Assembly (NCBI GenBank): GCA_024137785.1
Contig: JAHRHZ010000085.1
Coordinates: 3,031,533 to 3,095,532, forward strand
Length of the DNA: 64,000 nucleotides
Reading direction: 5' to 3'
Source: Ginglymostoma cirratum
Lineage: Eukaryota
Under the pieces are notes generated by a model that worked only from the letters and a program-made list of their open reading frames with translations, was not told the DNA's origin and made no database searches. Numbering within the stretch: the first letter of the stretch is position 1; each line of letters opens with the position of its first letter. The position numbers and the translations under genes were made by a program. Below, piece by piece: positions 63,962 to 64,000 of the stretch.

Positions 63962-64000
63962 CTGCTTTGTAAATAATATAATTCAGATAAATCTAAACAT

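Overview
This is vertebrate genomic DNA, most likely from a shark. That call is inferred from V-SINE/HE1-type SINEs, CR1 3' ends and abundant Penelope-like elements. The only host genes I can support are three paralogous, non-rearranging Ig-superfamily receptor genes. Each has the exon plan leader / V / C1 / TM / linker / two tyrosine-motif tail exons, a SIRP-alpha-like architecture. Copy A (+, 8753-16975) has intact V, C1, TM and tail exons, but a TGA in the leader and a broken linker exon. Copy B (-, 36967-51824) has stops and a frameshift in V and C1, but intact TM and tail exons. Copy C (-, about 60390-63961, continuing past the window end) is heavily decayed. The rest is layered mobile DNA: several Penelope-like elements plus 100-240 bp TSD-flanked derivatives carrying minimal hammerhead-ribozyme motifs, a Gmr1-type (IN-RT-RH) Gypsy element, a two-LTR class III (ERV-L-like) provirus with an env-like remnant inside copy B, an orphan gamma-type env remnant, and Tx1, CR1/L2-group LINEs and SINEs. 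Exon boundaries were read by hand from splice signals and reading phase. Repeat boundaries are approximate, and no database search was run.
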